A stretch of 64,000 nucleotides of DNA from Diadema antillarum. Its lineage: Eukaryota. This document shows, in pieces, positions 14,304-27,783 of the stretch (position 1 is its first letter; the number at the start of each line of letters is the position of its first letter). The notes below the pieces were generated by a model that saw only the letters and a program-made list of their open reading frames with translations, did not search any database and was not told the origin of the DNA. Both the position numbers and the translations under genes were made by a program. The DNA is taken from assembly GCF_040938485.1 (NCBI RefSeq), contig NW_027271072.1, positions 1,798,001 to 1,862,000 on the forward strand, in the 5' to 3' direction.

Positions 14304-14775
14304 GGAAAAACCTCCAAAATGCAAGACCTAGAAAGAAACAAAATTAGAGGAAATCAAGAAAGTACCAAAATTGACGGTAATTTTACATTGCATACAAGGT
14401 AGTCACCTTCGGAGGCCGTGCAAATTCAAATGTAAATTCCTAAAAGCTTCTTTTGACATTGCTGATCACTGATGATTACAGATTTTTATTTTGACCGTTA
14501 TGCACTAAATCTTCCTTACCATGACTTTTCCTCAGTGAAAATACATATTTCCTTGTATAAGATATCAAATCTTTAACTACTCCTTCCAACAATAGTGAGC
14601 TAATCTGCTACGCGCGATTAAAAAGAATGTTCGTTTACAAAAGTACACTGTTGCAGAGAACATTTTTTTACTCAAAAAAAGTTAGCACAAATTCGAAGCT
14701 CGAAATTCAAGTCTCCAATGTGAAATAGGGGCATGTATTTATTCATAGGCCATATACAAGTATGTATGTATGTGC

Positions 14776-14839
<64 letters not shown>

Positions 14840-16001
14840 GAGTTCAAATGCAAAAAGCGACATATCCATTTCCATCAACTTTGAGGTGTTGGGAATGAAG
14901 CTGCTGTAAACAAAAAAAGAGTATGTGATGAATTTGAAATTGTCAAAACATTTCTTTCTATATTTCTTGTTATGTAACGAGTGCAGTGTCTTTGGAAAGA
15001 TCCTTACATGAAGAAAACATAGAATATGGCGTCTATCTGGTTTTCCATTTAAAGTTTTCATGATATACATTACTGATTCAATCACCGATAAGACTCCTTG
15101 TTCACCTGTCCTCTGAAAAAGGCACCGACTTTTGTATTGCTTGACAATCGATATTTTGTTTGATCATGATGCATTCACGACGACGAGGGGAAAAAAGAGA
15201 CAGAAGAGAAAAGCACAAATGTATACCTCGTCAGCTCAGACGAGTGGTTGTTTGACAGAGTAAATGGCGGCAAGCGACAAATTGAATTCATGGCTAAAAT
15301 TGAGCGGAAGCGCCTGGGGGCAAGAGTGAAGAGAGAGGCAGGAGGAATACGTGATCAGATCTTTCTCTCTCTCTCTCTGTCCTTCTCTCTGCTTTTGGTC
15401 ATTTTTAGACCAGTATGTCTTCTTGATTTGTGTGTGCATCTGTTGTATTTGTGTCCCCACTATATGTGTGTATGTCCTCATTATTAACAATGACACTGTA
15501 TGTAGGTTAATATCATAGACTGAGGAATATGCAGACACTGTAAACCTCATCCAGTTGTATCTCTGCAAGCGCTGCAAGTATGGCGCAAGGCTATCCCCGA
15601 TTTATTTTCAAACTTAACTATTCTGAAAATTGTCCTTTAGATTATTTTCACGTTTTAAGCTAGTCCATTTGATCCCATGTACGGAGGAAACCCTATTCTG
15701 TTAATTGCTTTTGTTGAAGGAAAGATACGTTTATTCTTTACCAATTAAAACACAAAATGTGTTCATTTTCTTCCATATCTCATTCCATTGACGGGTAATA
15801 ATATGTGTGACTGTGGAGCTCTTGCTCGTTTTGATCATCAATATTAATTGACTCGTGTCTGAGAAAGCGCAATGTCCTTTCAGACGATACAGTTTACGCC
15901 GTCCGATGTCAGATTATCCTTAAACAACATACCAGCAGGTCGCTCAGTATTCCAGCCACAGCGCTTTGTCTCGGTTAGTGTATGTCTGCGTGTATGTAGA
16001 T

Positions 16002-16006
<5 letters not shown>

Positions 16007-16049
<43 letters not shown>
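16007..16049. repeat. (GT)n microsatellite (similar tracts at ~22218-22248, ~50211-50246, ~56464-56502)
   Basis: Read directly. Confidence 0.95.
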
Positions 16050-16052
<3 letters not shown>

Positions 16053-17460
16053 TGATCGACTATTTCGTCGGCTTTTTACCTTGGTCTACATTGGAAGCAA
16101 TGTACAGCATTAACACGTAACACGATTTAGTAAATGTACAACGATGGATGACCTTCTTGCCACTTCTCTATTGATTTTATCCTTCATGCGATCATCAGCT
16201 CCTGTTGGTCGTGGAAGGAAAGATGGAGATTGTAAGAATATTTCTTTTTTGATAAATTCTGAAGGGCCCATCATCGGAGCCAGAGGCAGATCTAGGTCAA
16301 GCATGACTTTCTATCGCGTCAGTTTGGTCCAGAATTGATCAGAAAATCGAGTCAAATTGACCCATTTCCTTCTGGTCATCTTCATCATCATCTGACCCCG
16401 AAATATAGGGTGTCGAGATGAGGGAACCTGTTTAAGGGGTCATCTTTAGACCCCGGATGTTAAAGTGTAAATTTATTTGAAGCACAAGCAGAAGCAACGA
16501 TTTGTTTCCCTCCGGGCAATATGCAATATCGACTTCCATTGAATATGACATGGACGCTTGCAATAGAGTAAACCTGCTGTCATTTTTCTTCAATACCATT
16601 CTTTGATGCTCGGCATTCTGTTCAAAATGTGGCTTTTGTGGCTTTTTCTTGAAGGAGGTAATTAAATGGAGGTGATGTCACGGTTATGCTGATGTGTTGT
16701 GAAAAGTTATAAACAAAATGGTACTGAGAATATGCTGGATATGTTTTGTTCGTCACTTAAAAGGTGGAAGTATAGTACGCTGGATGTAATCAGTTTCTTT
16801 GCATCAATAATGAAGCATGTAATCTTATAGTTAAGACGGGGAAAAATGACACGCGGGAGCCTGTGTCTTTGATATGATAAAGTCACCGATATTTTCAGTC
16901 TCGCTGGCGTCTCTGGTGTGCAGAGAAGACAAAACATTAATTCGTCAAGTAGGAGAAGGAGAGAGTGCCAGGAGAAAAAAAAAAGAAATAAGATGATGGA
17001 GGGATGGAAGGGATGAGAGGCAAGGAGAAACCTACTGATGGGCGACTTTCCCGCGTAAAGATCTTATCAGCTCAGAAAAGTGTGATCGACACGTAAGGAA
17101 TGCCGGGTTCAAAACCCATGTCATCCGTCATACTAGGACGCCCCTCGATGAGCACCCTTTTTGCGTGTTTTATCATTACTTTTTTGTTTATTTATTTATT
17201 TCCACTTTATTTGCAGCCGCTTGCAGCCACTGAGCAGTCAGCACAGTATTGCTGGATGATGAGCTTGTATACTAGTATGTGTGTATATATGAAACTCACA
17301 TAATTTGGTGATTTTTTTTTGTTGCTCTTGTGTGTGTTTTTTTTTTAAGGGGGAAGATTTCCCAATTGTTATAGATTATATAATGTCACATAAAACACTG
17401 ATCAATTGATGTATTACTTCTCCTCAGAGGGTGACTATATGGGAAGAATAAAAACAAGGT

Positions 17461-17583
17461 CACGGACACAGACACAGACACTGACTCTGACACTGACACT
17501 GACACAGACACTGACACTGACACCAACAGCGACACTGACACAGACACAGACGTAGACGCAGACACAGACACAGACACAGACGC
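17461..17583. repeat. Hexamer repeat (GACACA/GACACT)n
   Basis: Read directly; produces the spurious VSVSVS/CQCQ ORFs. Confidence 0.9.
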
Positions 17584-18691
17584 ATACATACATACATACA
17601 CACTCTTACACACACAGAGGCACAGACACAATTACAAACACAAATACATAACAACGCTCAACAATCCAAGCACACATACAAGCTAAGATGTCAGCTACAA
17701 CGGATCATGTCAACACGGAAACGAATCTGCACTCTACTTTCTTTGTAGCTGTCTCCTTTCTTTTCTTTTCTTTTCTTTTCTTATCTTATCTTCTTCTTTT
17801 TTTGACCGGGAGTTTTCACGATGAGCCATGCCCGATGGGTAAAAATAGAAAGAAAAATTCAAAAGTGAGTAAATCGCGTGTCGATTGTGGAGGAGAAAAA
17901 AAGGATGCAGTGTTGCTTAACACTTTCCCGTCGTTTGTATTCATAGCACCGGGGAACGACTGGAGTAAGTTTCACACGTCTTCGGGACCCACTTACTTCC
18001 TCTCATTTACTCATGCTTTTCTTCTTTTTTCCGGACAGATACGTCCGGGAAGAGTGGTTGCGGGATATAGCGGGGGGATTCTGATCCGCACACCACCCTC
18101 GCCGCACCGCGTCCCGAAGGGCGGCCGGCGTTATGGCGCGGAATGATAAAATATTGAGGCGATTAGTGTCGTATGCTGTATCACAAACGCGCTGTCACGG
18201 GTTGGCAGTTGCGCGCAAATTGGAAATCAAAGCCCCGGAGTGTGCCTGGATCCCGACGCAAATTATGCATGTTTTCCTTCTCTCCCTCTCCCTCACTTTC
18301 TTCATCTCTCTTCCTCCATCCCTCTCTGTCTCACTTTCTCTCTGCCCCCCCCCCCTCTCTTTCCAGGGCAGTAGATATTGATAGGTTGGCCGTTCAGGTA
18401 CTTGCGTTAAAGGGTGAAGTGCCCTTCTTGGAAGTATGTCCCATTTCTACTGAATTCTTTCTGTTACTAATTGCTAGCTGAAAGAAAAGCGTGTGTCCAC
18501 ATAACAAGAAAATCTTATGGTAGCTGTAAGCGACAGAATTACTGGCTGTAATTCTAGTGCCTCTTTTCGAATGCTCAAGGTGTTTTTCGAGATGTCCGTA
18601 ATGAAGAAAAAAAATGTATGTAAAAAACGAAATATCTCCAACCCGAAACAGTGAGAAAAATTTTAGTGTCTAATATGTCCACAAGAGATAT

Positions 18692-18812
18692 GGGAGCACT
18701 GTGCTTAAGTGCTTGGGCTCTGAATCTGTAAAGCGGGAGAGCATGGGTTCGAATCCTGTTCTGGACGAATATGCCTTGACAAATGTTTTACTTCGGTGTT
18801 CTTGATGTAGGT
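18692..18812 (+). mobile_element. tRNA-derived SINE remnant (5' head)
   Basis: Degenerate A-box (TGTGCTTAAGTG) and good B-box GGGTTCGAATCC (18745-18756), followed by an atgccttgacaaatgttttac segment like SINE bodies. No intact cloverleaf. Confidence 0.6.
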
Positions 18813-21506
18813 GTAATTAAAAAGATAATGATGGTGGTATTTATGGCGCTGTTCTCTGGTGGAATACAATAAACAGTGGAGTTGGAGTTGCCCTGGGTAA
18901 ATATAGGACCACATCATTCCAATCATCATTGTATTTTTATGAAAATCGTAATTTTCTGCCACTATGCTTTAAAGAGAACTAAAACACTGCAGCAGGGATA
19001 CTGACAAACAGACAGACATACATCAGTGACAGAAAGAAAATCATCAAATGCCTTAGATTTAGGAAAGATAAACATAACGGAGAGGTATTGGCAAGGAAAT
19101 TACAAGAACTATTAGTTGGTAGTAGTAGTTTTTTAATTGTAATAGTCAAGCGTTGATTATCAGCAGTCACATTCAAGCTGTGTCTTGTTGACAATATTTA
19201 TTTGAGGAAAAAAGTGCTTTGGATGAACCCACATTTCGTGGTCGGTGAAAGACGATACCGGCTATGGGATTTATGGGGCTGTTAACCAACTTCTTCTGTA
19301 TGGTTAAAGGCAGAGCTGGGCACGCTTCGGTGGGTAGACGGAAAACATCCCAGCAAAGAGGCACCCTGTTGGCTTTTTCTCGGGAAGTAAGGTTGCGTAG
19401 ACACCCTCTTGCCATCCAAGATCCATGGATGACATTTTGAAACGGTGTGGAATCACTTCATTTGTGGGGTTGATAGCGACGTGTAGGAACGCTTCTGACT
19501 CAAGTATTTTCGCTGATTTCTTTGAGTCCTTTTAAAACTCCGTTGGCAATGTATAATCATTTTCCTGCTCTTGTATATGTTGTTGTCATGTCATGGTGCG
19601 GTGAATGTAAGATGGCTTTATTTCTACATGCCAGGGATAATAATGACTGTGCTGCCTCCTTTCAGTAACGTGCCTTACTACGTTATAGTCCACTTTTCCT
19701 CCTTGCAATAGCTGCATTATACCGCCATGGTACCTTGGTGCTTTACTTGGCGATACAGTTTCTTCATTGTGTCAATCAGTTAGACGTGCTTACAAACATC
19801 ATATCAGTGTGTATCTTACCAATTATGAGGTGTGTCACCAGCCAGTTTTCGTAATTAGCACCTCAACGCACCGCGAACGTACAAGGAGACGAAATTACTC
19901 GACTTCCTCCCTGCGAGCGATCGATACCGTAAACGTGTGTAATTAAGTAGTATCGATATTCCGAAAGGAAAACGTGAATACCAAGCAGCAGCGAGTACTA
20001 TTATTGCCATGTCACGCACTAAGAACCCTTAAATGGCTGTACTGTCATCGGGAGGGGGAAAAATAGAGGGAAAATCACAGAATAGCTTTACCTTGTCGCT
20101 CATTTCCTATCAATTAGACTTGCATCTCCCTTTATTTCTGCCTCTCGACCCATAGCTCGAATAGTTGGTACTCGGCATGGTAGGCAGGTAATACAATCAC
20201 GCAGCTAACAAACCCACCCATTGCTGTTACATGGTCTCAGGGAAAAAATACAGATATTGTTGCGCAGCATTTGATCAATCAAAAAAAATATACACACCGT
20301 TAGTTTAACAGCGACTTCGTTTGTTTGAAGGTTTATCTAAATCTATTTTAAAAAAAAGATATTTGTTCATAGATTTATATTAAAGATATTTATTTTGGTT
20401 GCCAGCAGGGGTAACGTGTGGATTGGTATAAATTTACGTGAGCTGTAGAATACGATATTATAGCAAGCTGTATGGCGAAAAACCCTTCTTGTCGTACAAA
20501 CTATATTGGGTCAACCAAGAAATGTCTGGTTTTTGTAACCATGGTTGCGAGTGGAGTTACCGGCATGAATGGAGTGAAGCGTACATTATACCATTTGCAG
20601 TTTTCTTCCCTTTCCTACGACAGACTTCTATTGTCCTTTTTTTTATCGAATCACCACTGACGCACATCACGCAGTATGTTGTTGATCTACAGTAGATAGT
20701 AACACATTCCTATCTTACAGTTTCCTCAATCCCTGTGGTACAACAATCGAAGGCCTACNNNNNNNNNNNNNNNNNNNNNNNNNNNNNNNNNNNNNNNNNN
20801 NNNNNNNNNNNNNNNNNNNNNNNNNNNNNNNNNNNNNNNNNNNNNNNNNNNNNNNNNNNNNNNNNNNNNNNNNNNNNNNNNNNNNNNNNNNNNNNNNNNN
20901 NNNAATCAACAGCGAGAGAGAGGGAGAGGGCGATTGAATTACGATGAAGACACGCTGAACGGTATCATCTGCAAAGATAGGCGTGTAAACGCTTAGCAAT
21001 CTATCCAGATCATGCACGTTTATGATTTTACAATCCATTTTGTTCTTTTTATGAACGTTTATGTGTGAAAAAAATGATTCACTAAAAATGAAATGAGATG
21101 TCCCGTTCCTGTGTGTCTTGTTCGACGAAATGAGACACGGTGCTTCCAATTACAATGTTATTGACCGTATAGTGATCATTTTCACATTTTCACTCCGTCT
21201 ACGTTTTCAAAATTGTTTTGCCACCATGAATATTATCGTTCATTTCCCCCATAACATACATGTCCTCGTTCCCGGCGACACCGATCAAAGCTGTACCTTT
21301 CAAAGTGCACTCTCAATAAACAAAGCTCGTGCCATAATGCAGTAATCACACTTTCATTAGTTTTAGATTATCCGTAAAGGTCCTTTTTTGGGATGTAGCG
21401 ACGTCGTCCTTTTAGTACACATATATACAGAAGAAGAAAAAAAAAACCCCGCCCACTCCCTCCTCCGAGTCTTGTTTGCGTGTTTTCCTCTCATATAATT
21501 CTCCTC

Positions 21507-21520
21507 ATCTCCATGGCAAC
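21507..21520 (-). promoter_or_regulatory. Candidate RFX X-box (GTTGCCATGGAGAT) next to a GC-box
   Basis: ATCTCCATGGCAAC on the + strand; CCCCGCCCAC at 21447-21456. Confidence 0.4.
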
Positions 21521-22215
21521 GCCCACGCAACTCGCGACTGTCATTCACTGTTGGAATAGAGAAATGTCATGTTTTACACCTTTCCCCACCTATATACTCC
21601 TCCTGTCTAATCTGTCGTAAAAAGCACAAAAGGTCATATTTGCGTACGATAATATACATATATTTTTTTCTATTTCTGCTCAATGCTCACGTGTTGTGGA
21701 TAATTTGTGCACTCCGAAGTGCATAATATTTATTCTGTAAGTTCCTCAAATTACCTTGGTAGTGCGTTTTCCCCATTTTTATTCACATTTAGTCGATTGT
21801 ATTTGGATGTTAGGCCATCTGAGGTCACATTATGACGGGCTCAGATTAGCACGTGGTTTGCTCTTCAAACATCTCACCTCGGATCATTATCATTTGTTTT
21901 GTTTTGTTTTTGTTTTGTTTTGTTTTTGTTTTGTTTGTAGGAGACAGGGCACTGGGCATTCGGTTCATGGTACAACATAAACCTTCAGAAACCATTGCAG
22001 CTTTGAATTTATTTTCAGCTTCCATGATATCAACACAAAGGCAGAACTAATCATTTTTTACTATCATCTCAAGCGGAAATGGACATTTCAATTCAATAAG
22101 GACTTTGACAAAACTTACACTCTGTCATTTTGTTGGAATTTACGACGAGTGTAAATGAAAGTTATTGCAAGGGAAAACGCCGCGATGACAAACCAGCCTA
22201 TCATTGTGTGCGTGT

Positions 22216-22252
<37 letters not shown>

Positions 22253-23689
22253 CGAATGCATCACATGAGGGCTCTCATACCTATAAAGGGCAACAATAAT
22301 GTAATTACTTTTGTGAGCTCAAGCCCAAGTGTTGCTTCCCTAACCAAATCATTTGTGTTTATACGTCGGCACTGTACCATTTAATTGTGAATGCATGATA
22401 TGTAACTGTAAATGTGATGTTTCGTTTTGCTGAAAAATGATAATCACAGTCAAATAATCATACCCGTAAAGTCTTTCTAGGTCATACCGATTATGAATCA
22501 GCGCTTTTTCGGGTAAATAAAAAGAAAAGAAGCAAAAAATAAAAATGCGTACTAATGCTCTTTTAAGAATCGATGTAGTAGCAGGAGCCCTCATGGCGCA
22601 TGTGTGTTCATTGGGTTAGTGTTGTGTGAAAAGAAAATCGTACACAATACACATACGAAAAAAAAAAACATCAAAGGAAACCCATTTTTACGATCGTACC
22701 TTGATATGGGGATGCGGATAAAATAAATGTTGGGAACAAGCTGAAACAGAGATCATAAAGACATATAATTTATTCTGTGTCGAGCTTCTAACCATTGCCT
22801 CAATTCATGTCATTGCAAACACAATGTCGTGTTTCGAAGGGAATAGAGATACGGCATTCGTGAAGGTGAGCTGAATAGTGGTCTCATGACGAGTTCTTCT
22901 TGCAAAATCCATCGTGGAGGTTGTCCAATACTAAGACGGTAAACGATAGTATCTATAAGCCGCTGCCATTAGGAGCTTGGGGGAAAGAAGCCCATTCCAT
23001 GGTCTCTTGTTTCTGCGTCAGTCGCTTGGGAAAGATGGACGGTATCCAGCCCAGCCGTGTATCACGTGATCGCAGTTGGCAACGTGGCTTCCTCGCCTGA
23101 AGGAAAGATTACCGGTATTACAACGGTGTGCCACATTAATGTTATCTAATGAATGCAATGTGATATTATACAGATAACAATTATGTTTTGCTAGTATTCT
23201 CTTTTTTTACATACAATTTGTCATTAGTTATAAGTTCTCATGTGCCATTTTTTTTTCATAATACTATTCTTGAACTATCTCTTTAAGTACTATTTTCCGT
23301 AAGTTTGATATTCGTCGTATTTGCATGGATTTTTCAATCTTTTTATTATGAAACTTTATGTATACGTGAAATTTTTTCCTTTTGTGTCCATGTATATCTG
23401 TTTGTACATGTCTATCGGTGCAATTATTCTAGGACCTTTGGTCGCCAGTCAGATTTCAATTATTCAATCAAATCAATCAATCAATCGATCAATCAATCAA
23501 TTAATCAATCAGTCAATCTGTCAGTCAAAACGAATGTAACGATATTTAATAGGTACGTACTTTTTAAGTCGTTTCTTATGTGTGTGTGTTTGTTTTCCTT
23601 CCGTGAGTATTTGTCTATGTTCATTTTTTTCGATATGAATAGATCATGCATAATCAAACTTTAGTTGAAAAAAACCCACAAAAAACAGG

Positions 23690-23788
23690 GAATCACGAAG
23701 TGAGCTTGCACTTAACATTCCAGAGAAAAGTAGCATGGCAATCACCATTTTTAAAATGTATTCATTCAGAGGACATTGTCCCTTTAAA
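23690..23788. mobile_element. One-ended TTAA/Kolobok-like MITE fragment
   Basis: Ends ...GAGGACATTGTCCCT|TTAA (reverse complement TTAA|AGGGACAATGTCC), similar to the 5301 element end. Confidence 0.35.
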
Positions 23789-25810
23789 TCAAGTCTGTTG
23801 TCATGTACCTCCCATCGCAATGACACACATTCGTGCGAGAGGAGAATTCCAAACACTCTTGCTTAACTCTATAGATTGCGCTGTAATGACATCTGCGACC
23901 CGGAAGTAAAACAATGAAACGACAGGAAATGGCAGTATACAGGATTTATCTCTATAGGCCGTGAGGCTGATGGCGAATTTGGCCATTACTGACATTGGTG
24001 ATAAACCGCCAAAATGATGTATGTCAGATGGTGTTGGGGAAATTGCTGACGATTTGTGCTGCGGCTGCCCGTAATTTGAAGGATGTGTTTAATATCGCGA
24101 GTTAACGTTATAGGCCGGTGAAAATGTTTGAGTCCGGTGGTATGGGTGTGCGAATTGATTGCGTGCTCTGGAGGAAATGACGTTGATTATGCTCTGTTTG
24201 ATGTGCAAACATGACATTCTTTTACCCCTGCTCCAGTTTTTTTTTTATTTGACATTGATGTCATCCCTAGTTCTCTGTATCCATATTATTCAACGTGAAA
24301 CACGCCCAAGGTCAATCTTCAGAACCACTTACAATAAAACGACCCCACTCCGCAGGAATGTTATCAATTCAGGGTAGCTTATTCATAAGTTGATGATGCT
24401 GCGTATTGAATGAACAAGATATTACGCAACCTATCTGGAAGAGTCGAATCAGAAGTCACCAAACGCAAATAATTGTACGAAATGTAAGCTGCAGTCTGTA
24501 AATCAAGGATATTCTTGATTCTTGTTAGATAGACCTGGATCTTTTCGAACCACTTTCCTCGCAAACTGACATCGGCCGCACATCTTTCTCTTTCAACTAA
24601 TCAAAATGACATCAAGATATCTCGGTTATCTTTTACCAAGAATGGACATTTCCTGAAAATCATCCTTGATTTATTTTTTCTTTATATGACGGCACCAATG
24701 TCTAACATTCACTCCATTACCCTGTCTTGGTGGGAAAGATATTGTTCTTGCAGGTTCTAATGTTTTTGTTTTTGTTTTTGTTTTCTATTTGAAGACCTTC
24801 ATAGTGGATGTGATGCCAATACAAACTGAGTTGTGAAATGGAAACCCTGTTGAGCCATTTGACTTCTTACATTAGTACCCGGAGCGTCGTCACGATCGAC
24901 ACCAGACGTCTTACAATGGAGAAATTAAAAACAAAATGTCAATGTAGCCTGCCTGGTCCATTAAGCACCCCTCCCAACCACCCCTCCACCCCCCCCCCCC
25001 CCCCCCCCGCCCACCAGCATCCTACCGCGATGAAGTTGACCGCCAGCCCCGGGCAAGCCTCTGGCCAGTCCCTGGATGCCAGCCCCTCGTCCTGTGGCCT
25101 CCGCTTGCTAAGAGTTGCCACTTGGCGCCTGAAAAAAACTGTCGAAAGGCTTCAAACGTCGCGGCATGTAGATAGGTAAATTAGCGCCACCTTCGGCATG
25201 AAAATAATAGCGTCTCCTGCTCAGGCATGCAAAACGTCTGAATTCGAACTCCGAATACTAGTAGTCGTCTGATTTGTTTTATTTGGGTTTTTTTTTCCCA
25301 GGGACGTCTACATTTGAGCGTAGACTATGAGTTGACGAAACTTGCCTGGCATTTGATTGATACACCATGCGCCATATATGGCTTTGTTGGAGTTGTCTCT
25401 TATGGTAGTCACTACCATTCCTTACCTTTTATGTTCAGTGTAAAATTACATTATTCGTCATGATAAAATCATATTGTGAATCGTGGTAGACGCATCCTCC
25501 ACATTTCAACGTTATGATTTACGTTATAGTGGCGTCTTTGACACACATATTTCTATTGAGCATCAATTGCCCATTCGGTGTTGGATATGATTGTGATGTG
25601 ATGCGGTTGTTCACGTCACAATAACAGTCAAATTTCAGACAATTCATGAAATCTTGCACTGGTATTTTATTGCACTTATGTGATATAAACAAGTTTTGAA
25701 AGTAACTGTATACACCGCTGATGTCAACCTGCATTCCTGGTGCAGTGGTGCAATGGTGATTTTATGTGTTTTAAAATCATGGGTTGCTGACGAAAACGAA
25801 AAACAAAATA

Positions 25811-26169
25811 CTGTTCGTGATTCCGAAGGTTCGTTAGTACTCACCTGCTATCCATCTTTGGGTTTAAACGGACCTTATTCCATTTTCGGATTAACGAACC
25901 TTCGGAATAACGAACTTTTTTTTTTTTGTTGTTGTTGGTTATTTTGCGATCAAGAAACCTTCGGAATAATGAACCTCTTTTCATTTTTGGATGAGCGGCC
26001 TGTCGGAATAACGAACCTTATTTCATTTCCGAAATCATGAACCTACGGAATAACGCCACATAATGTTGGGAATAACGAATCCTTTTTCATTTTCGGATTA
26101 ACGAACATCTAGGTATACGCAATTTGTGTGTTTCAGAATAACGAACCTTTGAAATAACGAACATCACCC
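25811..26169. mobile_element. Non-autonomous TIR element built from ~10 copies of a CGGAATAACGAAC core
   Basis: Left end TGTTCGTGATTCCGAAGGTTCGTTA is an imperfect inverted copy of the right end (rc TGTTCGTTATTTCAAAGGTTCGTTA). Core copies at about 25887, 25903, 25962, 26004, 26030, 26046, 26068, 26094, 26134 and 26150. Confidence 0.6.
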
Positions 26170-27712
26170 ATCCTTAAGGATGATGATATGGGCCGGGGAA
26201 AAAAAAAGAAGCTGAAACGCGCTGTCATCTCTGTCGGGTTGATTTTCTCAAAGGTATAATGACACATTCGAGTCGAGCATCCCGCTGTCGAAACTTCGAA
26301 CAAGGAACGTGTCCCTTTGAAATTCTGCAACCCTGTCTACGAACCCTTCCACCCCCCCCCCCCCCCCACACACACACACACACGCGCTCCCAATAAACAT
26401 TCCACCGGAATCCTACGTCCGACGATCTTCCCCATCACACTTTCCGTGAGCTTTGCTGAGAAAGACGACGGTGATGTTTAGATCACAGACGCACATGTCG
26501 AGTTCCTGCATACCAAAGGATTTACCGCGTATTTTTATCTTTCTCTCTCCCTGTCTATCTCTCTCCCTCCATCTCTCTCACCCATTAGCATGTTTTCCAT
26601 ATATCATTTAAAACAAAATGACTTCATGAACTGTTCATTTCGCGGTTGATAACTATACAAGTATCATAATACATGTGATTTCTTACCTGTTGTAATGTGA
26701 ATGCATCTGTAGATTGTATAGGCCTATGATTGTGAAGACAAAATGCTACATAAGAAGCATTTCAAACTATGTTAGATGGCGTTTACAGCTAAATAATCTA
26801 TTATTCGTATTCAATGAAATATGCTGCGTTCTCACAAGACAAGTGACAGTTTTAATCTACTGTTGTTTTCATTTTTTTTTATCATGTATTGTATTGTGAA
26901 GTCAACGCTGGCTTAGCGGCGTTTACCTATGACTATGGAACGCGAAGTGTGTATGTAGCATTTTTTTCTCTCAGAATCAATGTCATGAAATCAAGTTCCT
27001 TGCAAGTGATGAGGAAACTGTATAAAAGGTGATATATTCAATTGCGTAACATATTTAAGCAGATTAATACCAAATATATTATAGCCAACACGTACTTTTC
27101 TTTGGGTTGTCGAGTTGCCTTAACTGCATGAAACATTTGACTGGAGATTTAAAATGGAATCACACAGGGCATGCAGGGAGGAGGCTTTCAAAAGTGCAAG
27201 CCCTTCGTGCGGCCCAGCATGAACCCGCATTTTAGCAGCATGGCATTGCGGTCATCTGTGGGAGCATGGTTGTTTAGAGTAGAGAGGGGGTTCACGTGCC
27301 GATGTGATCGCACCATGTCTGGTGGGCTGGTACCGGTCTGTAACATAAGACGCACACAATTTTGCCTAGTTAGATCGCGCGCTGAGCTGAGCTCTCTGCG
27401 CCTTGGAGGAAAACACGCCACATGGTCTATGGTGTGAGCTNNNNNNNNNNNNNNNNNNNNNNNNNNNNNNNNNNNNNNNNNNNNNNNNNNNNNNNNNNNN
27501 NNNNNNNNNNNNNNNNNNNNNNNNNNNNNNNNNNNNNNNNNNNNNNNNNNNNNNNNNNNNNNNNNNNNACAGCGAGTATCATATATAATACTTAATATAT
27601 CATCTCCTTTTCTGGAAAACAAAATAGTGCACCAGAAGAACAAAAAAACATCAAAAACTGGTCTTTACCCTGAATCGAACTCGGACTCGGGTTATTTGGC
27701 ATGAAACGTCAT

Positions 27713-27720
<8 letters not shown>

Positions 27721-27782
<62 letters not shown>
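27721..27782. repeat. Compound (AT)n(GT)n microsatellite
   Basis: Read directly; uninterrupted purine-pyrimidine alternation. Confidence 0.95.

Positions 27783-27783
<1 letters not shown>

Noticed and set aside
17100-17279. ATG ORF with a hydrophobic stretch ending at a phase-1 GTATGT donor (possible NCKX exon 1)
   Set aside because: The hydrophobic part derives from T-rich low-complexity sequence, it lacks the basic N-terminus typical of NCKX, and it starts in a SINE B-box-like motif. Unsupported without transcripts.
19173-19760. Penelope-like fragments on the minus strand (NRVPL, VFHRPRNV, SKCHP)
   Set aside because: The motifs fall in different frames with spacing inconsistent with Penelope RT, and there are many stops.
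25860-26165. Repeat-spacer pattern superficially like a CRISPR array
   Set aside because: The core is only 13 bp and degenerate, the spacing is irregular, the context is eukaryotic, there are no cas genes, and it is enclosed by inverted ends.
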